Assembly: GCA_038239115.1 (NCBI GenBank)
Contig: JBBSFD010000015.1
Span: 1,544-65,543 of the forward strand
Direction of reading: 5' to 3'
From: Candidatus Limnocylindrales bacterium
Lineage (GTDB): Bacteria > Chloroflexota > Limnocylindria > Limnocylindrales > CSP1-4
DNA: 64,000 nucleotides
Shown here: piece after piece, positions 29,772 through 39,152 of the stretch
Numbering within the stretch: position 1 is the stretch's first letter
How the letters are laid out: each line of letters starts with the position of its first letter
Notes under the pieces: generated by a model
The model's input: only the letters and a program-made list of their open reading frames with translations
Told to the model about the DNA's origin: nothing
The model's database searches: none
Position numbers and translations under genes: made by a program

Positions 29772-32447
29772 GTGCGCCCACCGCCGGGTCCACCATGGGC
29801 CTCCGCACCGATGATCCATGTGACACCTGCCTTCGAGCGTTCGCGGGTCCGACCCCAGTCGGCCCGGTACGCCGGGATCCTGACCGGGATCCTGCTGATC
29901 CTGGCCGCGGCGTTCGGCCCCGGAACGGTCCGGGCCGCCGCGCCCCTGCCTGTGTCCAGTCCCGCCCCGTCGAGCGGGCCGGTCACGCGCGGCCCGGCCG
30001 CCGGCTCATCTGTCCGGTCATCGGTGGTAGCTCCCCTCGAAGGCCTCGATGTCAGCCGCTGGCAGGCCACGATCAACTGGCCCCAGGTCAAGGCCGCCGG
30101 CAAGCAGTTCGTGGTCATGAAGGCGACCCAGGGGACCGCCTACGTCGACCCGATGTACGCAACCAATCGGGCCGGCGCGATGGACGTCGGGATTCCGATG
30201 GCCGCCTACCACTACGCCGACCCCGACTCGGCCGCCGGTGAGGCCGTCCTCGAGGCCGACCACTACGTGGCCGTCGCCGGGCTGACCGCCGGCAACCTGC
30301 TGCCCGCCCTCGATCTGGAGAAGACCGGTGCGCTCGCCCCGGCCGCGCTCCAGGCATGGGTCCGGGCCTGGCTGGACGAGGTCACGGCCAAGCTGGGCAT
30401 CCAGCCGATGATCTACGTCAGCCCCAACTTCTGGTCGTCCAAGATGGCCAACAACACGAGCATCGCCCAGGCCGGCTACAAGGTCCTCTGGATTGCCAAC
30501 TGGGGGGTGACCAGCCCGACCGTCCCGGCCAACAACTGGAGCGGCAACGGCTGGACGTTCTGGCAGTACACCGACTGCGGTCACGTCGCCGGGATCACCA
30601 CCGGCTGCGTCGACCTCGACCGGTTCGGCGGCTCGAGCCTGGCCGCCGTGACCTACCATCCGGACTTCGCGGTCGTGGCCAACCCAACCGGCCAGTCGAT
30701 CACCCGGGGCGCCACCACGACGTTCACGATCAACGTCAACCGGACCCAGTTCGTGCCCCCGGTGACCCTGTCGGTCACCAGCCCGATGCCCAGCGGCACG
30801 ACTCTTGCCTTCAGCCCGAACCCGGTCACCGGCACGACCTCGACCCTGACGATCACGACCTCGAACACGAATACGGTCACCCCGCCGGGCGTGGTCACGC
30901 CCACGATCCAGGGCGTCGGCGGCGGTCTGACCAGGACGACCCTGGCCAAGCTCACGGTCCTGCCCGCGCCGCCCGGCCCGCCGACCAGCCCGGCGGCGAC
31001 CGCGCTTGATGCCGCGGCCTACGTGGAGTGGGTTGCGCCCGCCAACGACGGCGGCGGGGCGATCGACAGCTACACCGTGGCCGCCGCCCCGGGAGGCAAG
31101 ACCTGTTCGACCACGAGCGGCCTGTTCTGCACGGTCAAGGGCCTGGATAACGGCACGGCCTACACCTTCAGCGTGGTCGCCAAGAACGAATCCGGCCCGG
31201 GCACGACCTCCGCCGCCAGCGCAGCGGTGACCCCGGTCCAGTCGATCCCGGGTGCCACTTATTTCGGGGTGACCCCCAACCGGCTGGCCGACAGCCGCAA
31301 GAAGCTCGGCCTGGACAAGGCCCTCCGGGCGGGCGTGCCGGCCGCGTTCAAGGTGACGATGCGCTCGAGTGACTCCAAGCTGAACATCCCCACCGGCGCG
31401 ATCGCGGTCACCGGCAACCTCACGATCGTCGGCCAGACGGCGCCCGGCTACGTCGCCCTGACCGAGGCGGCCACGGCCAAGCCGACGAGCTCGACCCTCA
31501 ACCTCCCCCTGGGCGACGTCCGGGCGAACGGGGTGACCGCTCCGCTGGGCACCGGCGGGCTGCTCTGGCTGACCTATGTCGCGAAGAGCGGCGCAACCGC
31601 CCAGGCCGTATTCGACGTGACCGGCTACTTCCTGCCGGGTGCCTCGGGCGCGACCTACGTGCCGCTGGCACCGGCCCGCCTGCTCGACACGCGGTTCAAG
31701 ACGGGCCTGGTCAACGGCCCGATCAAGGCCGGCGCCCTGAACACGTTCCAGGTCACCGGCGTCGGCGCCCATCCGATCCCGTCCGACGCGATCGGCGTGA
31801 CCGGCAACCTGACCGTCACCGGCCAAACGGGAGCCGGCTACTTCGCCCTCACCTCGGTCGCCTCGGCCACGCCCAGGTCATCGACCCTGAACTTCCCCCA
31901 CGGCGATACGCGGGCCAACGGGGTCACGATCCAGCTCGGGCCAGGCGGCACGCTCGGACTGGTGTACATGGCCAAGGCCGGCTCGACCGCCCAGGCGATC
32001 TTCGACGTGACCGGCTACTTCGAGCCGGGCGCGAGCGGGGCCAGCTACTTCGCCCTGCCCCCGACCCGCCTGCTCGATACCCGCCAGACGGCGCTCGCCG
32101 CCAATGGCGCGAGCAAGGCCGCCCTCAAGGCCGGCGCCAGCAACTGGTTCGTGACCACCGATCGCGACCCCAATCCGACCCTGGCCGTGCCGGCCGGAGC
32201 GGTCGCCCTGACCGGCAACCTGACGGTCACCGGCCAGACCGCCGCGGGCTACCTGGCCCTGACCTCGGCCTCCACGGTCAAGCCCACCACCTCGACCCTC
32301 AACTTCCCGGTCGGCGACACCCGGGCCAACGGCGTGACGATCGCCCTGGGAGCGGGCGGCAAGCTCTGGATCATCTACATGGCCCACATCGGCGCGACCG
32401 CTCAGGCCGTGTTCGATGTGACCGGCTACTTCCTGCCGCCGGGCTAG
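29772..32447 (+). CDS. Secreted GH25 muramidase with Ig-like/FN3 domains and three C-terminal repeats
   Basis: Signal-like hydrophobic segment; GLDVSRWQ, KATQG, PALDLE, LWIANW, FWQYT and VDLD motifs; FN3 (W.APANDGG..I.SY.V, GLDNGTAYTFSV.A.N). Start uncertain. Confidence 0.88.
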   Translation: MRPPPGPPWASAPMIHVTPAFERSRVRPQSARYAGILTGILLILAAAFGPGTVRAAAPLPVSSPAPSSGPVTRGPAAGSSVRSSVVAPLEGLDVSRWQATINWPQVKAAGKQFVVMKATQGTAYVDPMYATNRAGAMDVGIPMAAYHYADPDSAAGEAVLEADHYVAVAGLTAGNLLPALDLEKTGALAPAALQAWVRAWLDEVTAKLGIQPMIYVSPNFWSSKMANNTSIAQAGYKVLWIANWGVTSPTVPANNWSGNGWTFWQYTDCGHVAGITTGCVDLDRFGGSSLAAVTYHPDFAVVANPTGQSITRGATTTFTINVNRTQFVPPVTLSVTSPMPSGTTLAFSPNPVTGTTSTLTITTSNTNTVTPPGVVTPTIQGVGGGLTRTTLAKLTVLPAPPGPPTSPAATALDAAAYVEWVAPANDGGGAIDSYTVAAAPGGKTCSTTSGLFCTVKGLDNGTAYTFSVVAKNESGPGTTSAASAAVTPVQSIPGATYFGVTPNRLADSRKKLGLDKALRAGVPAAFKVTMRSSDSKLNIPTGAIAVTGNLTIVGQTAPGYVALTEAATAKPTSSTLNLPLGDVRANGVTAPLGTGGLLWLTYVAKSGATAQAVFDVTGYFLPGASGATYVPLAPARLLDTRFKTGLVNGPIKAGALNTFQVTGVGAHPIPSDAIGVTGNLTVTGQTGAGYFALTSVASATPRSSTLNFPHGDTRANGVTIQLGPGGTLGLVYMAKAGSTAQAIFDVTGYFEPGASGASYFALPPTRLLDTRQTALAANGASKAALKAGASNWFVTTDRDPNPTLAVPAGAVALTGNLTVTGQTAAGYLALTSASTVKPTTSTLNFPVGDTRANGVTIALGAGGKLWIIYMAHIGATAQAVFDVTGYFLPPG
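31251..32444 (+). repeat. Three tandem repeats of about 130 aa inside the GH25 gene
   Basis: Each reads GA[TS]Y..[VL].P.RL.D[ST]R...TGNLT..GQT..GY.ALT...STLN.P.GD.RANGVT..LG.GG.L...AQA.FDVTGYF. Confidence 0.85.
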
Positions 32448-34057
32448 ACCCGGGCTGACTCGCGTCCGTGGCGGAGCGCACGGCCAGGAGTTGCCCCGGT
32501 GTGCGCCCCGCCGTCGACCACCACGGTCCCGTTGACGATGACCTGCTCGATGCCCTCGGGAAACTGGCGTGGCTCCTCGATCGTGGCCAGGCTCCGGATC
32601 CGGACCGGGTCGAACACGACCACGTCGGCTGCCAGGCCGTCGACCAGCCGGCCCCGGTCGGTCAACCCGAGCCGGGCCGCCGGGGCCGAGGTCATCTTAC
32701 GGACGGCCTCTTCGAGGCTGAGCAGCCCCTCCTCGCGTACGAACTCGCCCAGGATCCGGGGAAACGAACCATAGGTGCGCGGACTGGGCTTCGCCCCGAC
32801 GAACGTCGAGTCCGTCCCGACCATGCCCACCGGATGCTGGAAGAAGGGCGGCATCGTCGGCCGGTGCGGGCCTGGAGTGACCTCATTGAGGCGCAGGTCC
32901 TCGGCCAGCAGCAGGTCGCACACCAGGTCCACGGCCTCGGCCCCGGTCTCGGCCTGGATGGCGCCGAGCGTCCAGCCCTCCCAGCGGGCGTGCTCCTGCC
33001 GGGCGAAGTAGCCGACCCGCACGCCGGCCAGACCGCCGCTGCCGGCGAACAGCGTGCCCCGTTCGGCCAGCTCGCGCCGGATCCCGGCCCGGATGGCCGG
33101 GTCGGCCAGGCGTGCCTTGGTCAGTCCCGGACCGCCCTCCTGGACCCACGGCGGAATCAGGATCAGCAGGCGGGTGCTGGCCCACTCGGACGGGTACGAA
33201 TCGAAGGTCACGTCCTGGCCGAGGGCCCGGGCCACGTCGACCAGCTCGAGCATCGGTCCGGGCCCGCCCGGGAACGTGGCCCGGTGGTAGAAGTGGGTGA
33301 TGTGGGCCGGCGCGCCGCCCCGCCGGCCGATCTCGGTTGCCTCCCGGAACGGATCCAGGTAGCCGTCGCCGAGGGGGTAGCGGACGTGGGTGTGATAGAA
33401 GCCGCCGTGCCGGCCGGCCTCCTCGGTCAGGGCCGCCAGCTCGGCCGTCGTCGCGTACGAGCCGGGTGGATAGTCGAGGCCCGAGCTCAGTCCGAAGGCA
33501 CCCTCGGCCATCGCCTCGGCCAGCATCGAGCGCATCGAGGCAATCGCGCCCTCCCCGGCCGGGACGTCGTTCCAGCCAAGGGCGCCGATCCGCAGGACCG
33601 AGTTGCCCACGAGGTAGGCGATGTTGACGCTGACCTGCCGGTCGAACCGGGTCAGATAGGCGGCCACCGTGTCCCAGTCGTAGGCGATGTCGGGGTGGCC
33701 GTCCAGCCCGGCATTCAGCTCGACGAAGGCGGCCAGGTCGGCGGGGTCGTCGAACGGGGCGTACGAGTTGCCATCGACCCCGATCACCTCGGTCGTGACG
33801 CCCTGGCGGACCTTGGGCTCGTGGCGGGGATCGGCCAGGATCATCAGGCCGGAGTGGCTGTGCAGGTCGATGAAGCCGGGGGCGACCACCTTGTCGGTCG
33901 CGTCGATGGTCCGGCCGGCGTGGTCGGGCAGCGCCTGCCCGGCCTCGATCACTCTCAGCCGCTCGCCTTCGATCGCCAGGCTGCCCGGCCGGCCCGGTGC
34001 GCCCGTACCGTCGACGAGCGTCCCGCCGGTGATCAGGATGTCGACGGCGGCCGTCAT
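32444..34057 (-). CDS. N-acyl-D-amino-acid deacylase family amidohydrolase
   Basis: PGFIDLHSHS, QGVTTEV.G, GLSSGLDYPPG, PRTYGSFPR and AVRKMTSAPA motifs; ATGA-coupled to guaD. Confidence 0.88.
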   Translation of the reverse strand: MTAAVDILITGGTLVDGTGAPGRPGSLAIEGERLRVIEAGQALPDHAGRTIDATDKVVAPGFIDLHSHSGLMILADPRHEPKVRQGVTTEVIGVDGNSYAPFDDPADLAAFVELNAGLDGHPDIAYDWDTVAAYLTRFDRQVSVNIAYLVGNSVLRIGALGWNDVPAGEGAIASMRSMLAEAMAEGAFGLSSGLDYPPGSYATTAELAALTEEAGRHGGFYHTHVRYPLGDGYLDPFREATEIGRRGGAPAHITHFYHRATFPGGPGPMLELVDVARALGQDVTFDSYPSEWASTRLLILIPPWVQEGGPGLTKARLADPAIRAGIRRELAERGTLFAGSGGLAGVRVGYFARQEHARWEGWTLGAIQAETGAEAVDLVCDLLLAEDLRLNEVTPGPHRPTMPPFFQHPVGMVGTDSTFVGAKPSPRTYGSFPRILGEFVREEGLLSLEEAVRKMTSAPAARLGLTDRGRLVDGLAADVVVFDPVRIRSLATIEEPRQFPEGIEQVIVNGTVVVDGGAHTGATPGRALRHGRESARV

Positions 34058-35409
34058 CCGGGCGGGCCCTCGAGCCGTCGGCCGCGGACCCATGCCCCGC
34101 GGACCATGTCCGGGTGAGTCCGGAAGATGAGCTGGCTGAGGACGTCAGCCGGCCCGTCGGGCTCGAGGGCGGTCAAGGCGGCTGCCGGCGGCTCGGCCAG
34201 TGCGGTGTCGATCACGATCAGGTCGGCCTCCTTGCCCGCTTCGATCGAGCCGATCTCGCCCTCGAGGCCGAGACAGCGGGCCGCCTCGTAGGTGGCCTGG
34301 CGCAGCCAGCCCAGCGAATCGAGGATCGGTCGCTGATCACCGCCGGCCACCCGTAGTGCGTTCTGGACGTAGCCGCCGAAGCGCATCGCGCCGAAGATCG
34401 ACAGGTCGGGGCCGCCGGCAACGTCGGAGCCGAGGCCGACCGCGATGCCCGCCTCGAGGTAGCGGGCCAGGGGCATGATCCCCGAGGCCAGGAACAGGTT
34501 CGAGGCTGGACAATGGGCGAGCCGCGTGCCCGTCTCGGCGATCCGGGCCACCTCGCGCTCCGACAAGTGGATGGCGTGGGCCAGGATCGTCCGCGGCCCG
34601 AGGCCGCCCGCCTGGTCGTAGACGTCGAGGTAGTCGCGAGCCTCGGGTAAGAGCTCGGCCACCGCCGCGATCTCGTCCCGATCCTCGGCCAGGTGGGTCT
34701 GCCAGTAGGCTCCGGTGGACTTGGCCAGGGCGGCCGATTCGCGGAGCATCTCGGCCGAGCAGGCCACGGCGAAGCGGGGCGTGAAGGCGTAGCGCAGCCG
34801 GCCGCCGTCGCGCATGTGCCAGCGAGCGCAAAGATCGGCCGATTGGCGCAGCGACAGCTCGAGCAGCTCGGAGGGCCGGCGGGTGTCGTCGTAGGTCAGC
34901 CGGTCCATCATCACCTTGCCGATGATCGCCCGGATGCCGTGGGCCTCGGCCGCCCGGAAGGCCGCGTCCAGCGAGGGCTCGTACACCGCGCCGTACATCA
35001 TGGCGGTCGTCGTGCCGGCGGCGGCGAGGGCCCGGTACACGGCCGGCGCCACGACCTCGGCCACCGCCTCGGTGAAATCGCGCTCGAGCGGGAAGACATA
35101 CGCCTCGAGCCACTCGAGGAGGGGTGTCCCGAAACCCAGCCCGGCATGCGGGACCTGGGGCAGGTGGACGTGCAGGTCAATCAGGCCGGGCAGGATGAGC
35201 ATCGGCCGGAGGTCGATGACGGGGCGGGCGGCAGCGGCGCCCAAGCGCGAAGCCTGGGCCCCGTCGAAGGGCTCGACCGAGGCGATCCGGCCGGCCGCGT
35301 CCACGGTCAGCAGCCCGTCCGGCTCGTAGCGGCTGCCACCTGCGGCCAGCGGCGTCAGGATCCGGGCGCGCAGCGCGAACGGCGGCCGGTCGGGCAGGCT
35401 GGCAGGCAT
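34054..35409 (-). CDS. guaD: Guanine deaminase
   Basis: PGLIDLHVHLPQ, LLEWL..YVFPLE, TPRFAVACS, QTHLAE, HCPASNLFLASG and GSDVAGG motifs. Confidence 0.92.
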   Translation of the reverse strand: MPASLPDRPPFALRARILTPLAAGGSRYEPDGLLTVDAAGRIASVEPFDGAQASRLGAAAARPVIDLRPMLILPGLIDLHVHLPQVPHAGLGFGTPLLEWLEAYVFPLERDFTEAVAEVVAPAVYRALAAAGTTTAMMYGAVYEPSLDAAFRAAEAHGIRAIIGKVMMDRLTYDDTRRPSELLELSLRQSADLCARWHMRDGGRLRYAFTPRFAVACSAEMLRESAALAKSTGAYWQTHLAEDRDEIAAVAELLPEARDYLDVYDQAGGLGPRTILAHAIHLSEREVARIAETGTRLAHCPASNLFLASGIMPLARYLEAGIAVGLGSDVAGGPDLSIFGAMRFGGYVQNALRVAGGDQRPILDSLGWLRQATYEAARCLGLEGEIGSIEAGKEADLIVIDTALAEPPAAALTALEPDGPADVLSQLIFRTHPDMVRGAWVRGRRLEGPPG

Positions 35410-35430
35410 CGCGGCGATGCTACGCCACGC

Positions 35431-35460
35431 TTGACAGCCCCGCGTCACGGGTCCCATCGT
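35431..35460 (+). promoter_or_regulatory. Candidate sigma70 promoter of the xdh-uricase operon
   Basis: TTGACA (35431-35436), 18 nt, CATCGT (35455-35460); divergent from the guaD -10 box TAGCAT (35422-35417). Confidence 0.45.
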
Positions 35461-35485
35461 CAGGCGTCAGGATGAACTCACGAAC

Positions 35486-37776
35486 ATGACCCTCCGGGAG
35501 TCCCTCGGCCGCGCCGCTGCACCCGTCATCGTGCGGCCCGATGCCCCGACCAGGGGCCTGGCTACGCCCCGCGGGCCGCTCCGGCGCGAAGGTCCAGCCA
35601 AGCTCACCGGCACCGCCCTGTACACCGACGACCTGGTCTTCCCCGGGGCCTGGTACGGAGCCACGATCCGCTCGACCGAGGCCCACGCCCGGCTGCTCGG
35701 GATCGAGCTCGACCCAGCGTTCGACTGGTCGAAGGTGGTCGTCGTGACCGCCGCCGACATCCCCGGCCCGAACGTCGTGAACTCGATCCAGGACGACCAG
35801 CCGATCCTGGTCGCCGACGAGATCCGCCACCATGCCGAGCCGGTCGCCCTCGTGGCCGCTCCCGACCGGGGCCTCCTCGGCGAAGCCGTCGCCCGCGTCC
35901 GGATCCGGACCGAAGCGCTGCCGGCCGTCCTCGACCCGCTCCTGAGCGAGCACGCCTTCGCCCACTACGAGATCGAGTCGGGCGACATCGCCGCGGGCTT
36001 CGCCGAGGCCAGCCTGGTCGTCAACGGCGAGTACCGGGTCGGCCACCAGGAGCAGCTCTACATCGAGAACAACGCGATGATCGCCGTCCCGCGTGACGAT
36101 GGTGGCGTCGCCGTCCACGGCTCGCTCCAATGCCCCTACTACGTCCACAAGGCGCTCCGCCGGTCGCTCCTCCTGACCGACGCTCAGGCCCAGGTGATCC
36201 AGGCCGAGACAGGCGGCGGCTTCGGCGGCAAGGAGGAGTACCCCTCGATCCTGGCCCTCCACGCGGCGCTCCTGGCTCGCGCCTGCGAGCGGCCGGTCCG
36301 GATGATCTACGACCGCCACGAGGACATCGCGGCGACCACCAAGCGCCACCCGGCAATCGTCCGCTACCGGAGCGGCGTATCGGCCGATGGGCGCCTCGTC
36401 GCCCAGGACATCGAGATCGTCATGGACGGCGGGGCCTACTGCACGTTGAGCCCGGTTGTCCTGTCGCGGGGCACGCTCCATTCAGGTGGGCCGTACGCCT
36501 GCCCCAACGTCCGGATCCACTCGCGGGCGATGGCCACGAACACGCCGCCCAACGGCGCCTTCCGGGGCTTCGGCGCGCCCCAGACCGAGTTTGCGGCCGA
36601 GATGCAGGTCAATCGGATCGCCGAGGCGCTGGGCGAATCGCCGCTCGAGCTGCGCCGGCGCTGGCTGTACCGGCCGGGCGACGCGACACCGACCGGCCAG
36701 GTCCTGCGCGAGAGCGTGGCGGCCGAGGACGTCCTCAACCGGGGCGCCGAGGCGGCCGAGTTCGAACGGGTCCGGGCCCGGACGGCCCTGGATCGGGCGG
36801 GGCGGCAGGCCGGCGGACGGGCCCGCTCGGCCCACGGCATCGGCCTGGCCCTGGGCTGGCACGGTGCGGGCTTCACTGGCTCGGGCGAGGTCCACCTGGC
36901 TTCGCTAGCCTCGGTCGAGCTCGGCGCCGACGGGCGGATCCGGGTCCTGATCGGCTCGACCGAGATGGGCCAGGGGACGAAGACGATCTTCCCCCAGATG
37001 GCCGCCGAAGCACTGGGCGTCGGAATCGATGACGTCGAGCTGGCGCCGGTCGACACTGCCCTCGTCCCCGACAGCGGCCCGACGGTGGCTTCGCGGACCG
37101 CGATGGTCGTCGGCGGCCTCGTGATCGAAGCCTGCCAGCGCCTGCGGGCGGTGGTCGAAAGCCGCAGCGGCGACCGGAGCGTAGGCACGGGCGGCTCGTT
37201 CGCCGACGTCTACCGGGACGACGCGCGCGTGCACGGGGCGACCCGGATCGACCAGCACTTCGAGCCCTACCCCGGCGTCGACTTCGACGACACGACCTAC
37301 CGGGGCGACGCCTATCCCGCCTTCGGCTGGGCGTCGGCCGTGGCCGAGGTCGATGTCGACCTGGACACCGGCGAGGTCGCCGTTCGGAGCGTGGTCGCCG
37401 CAGATGACGTCGGCCGGGTCATCCACCCGGTCCTGGCCGAGGGCCAGGTCGAGGGCGGCACGCTCCAGGCCGTCGGCTACGCCACGATCGAGGAGATCAA
37501 GCTCATCGACGGCCGCTACCTGAACGACCGCATGGCGACCTACCTGATCCCAACGGCGCTCGACGCTCCGAGGATTGAGACGATCCTGGTCGAAGCCCCG
37601 TTCAGCGGCGCCCCGCACGGGGCCAAGGGCATCGGCGAGCTGCCCATGGACGTGGGCGCCCCGGCCGTGGTCGCGGCGATCCACGACGCGACTGGGGTTT
37701 GGATCCACGACCTGCCGGCCAGCCCGGAGCGGATCATCGCGGCGCTTATGGCAGCCGACGCACAACGGCCGCACGC

Positions 37777-37780
<4 letters not shown>
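35486..37780 (+). CDS. Xanthine dehydrogenase molybdopterin-binding subunit
   Basis: QEQLYIE, GGGFGGKE, KRHP, AFRGFGAPQ, EMGQG, GQVEGG and GAKGIGE motifs. Confidence 0.93.
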
Positions 37781-38297
<517 letters not shown>

Positions 38298-38301
<4 letters not shown>

Positions 38302-39152
38302 TCGAGCCGCCCGTCGTCTCGCCTGACCGCCTGGCCGATGCCTATGCCCTGCTGGCCGAGTCGAGCCATCGGCCGATCGCCGGCGGCACCGACGTGCTCG
38401 TCCAGATGACCGCCGGCAGCGGCCCCCCGCCCGAACGCCTGCTCGACCTGTGGCGGCTGGACGAGCTGCGCGGCATCGACCTCGACCATGATGCCCTGTC
38501 GTTCGGGGCCCTGACCACCTACACGGCGATCCGCCGTTCGAGCGTATGCCGCGACCTGCTGCCCGCCCTGGTCGAGGCGGCGGCCACGATCGGCGCCGCC
38601 CAGATCCAGAACCGGGGCACCCTCGGCGGGAACATTGCCAACGCCTCGCCGGCCGGCGACATGCTGCCCGTCTTGCTGGCCACCGATGCCTCGATCGTCG
38701 TCGGCTCGGTCCGCGGCGAACGGACGATCCCGGCGGCCGAGTTCTGGACCGGCTATCGGGCCACGGCCCTGGCCTCGGACGAGCTCGTCGTCAGGATCCG
38801 GATCCCGCTCGTGGCCGACCGCCAGGTCCGCTTCCGCAAGGTCGGCACCCGGCGGGCCCACGCGATCAGCAAGGTGGTCCTCGCCCTGAGCTGGGTGTCG
38901 CCGTCGCTCGAGGGGCCCTGGCAGGCCGTCCGGCTCGGCCTCGGCTCGGTCGCCGAGCGGCCGATTCGAGCCAGCGCGACTGAGGCTGTCCTGGAGGGCC
39001 AGCCGCCGATCAGCGACACCGCTGATAGGGCATTCGTCTCCCTTGCCGCCGAGATCAAGCCGATCGATGATGTCCGCTCGACGGCCGACTATCGCCGGGC
39101 GGTGGCCGCCCGGGTGCTCCATCGCCTGATCCGGGACGCCGGCGGCTGGTGA
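38298..39152 (+). CDS. Xanthine dehydrogenase FAD-binding subunit
   Basis: [26 protein letters not shown] and [12 protein letters not shown] motifs. Confidence 0.93.
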
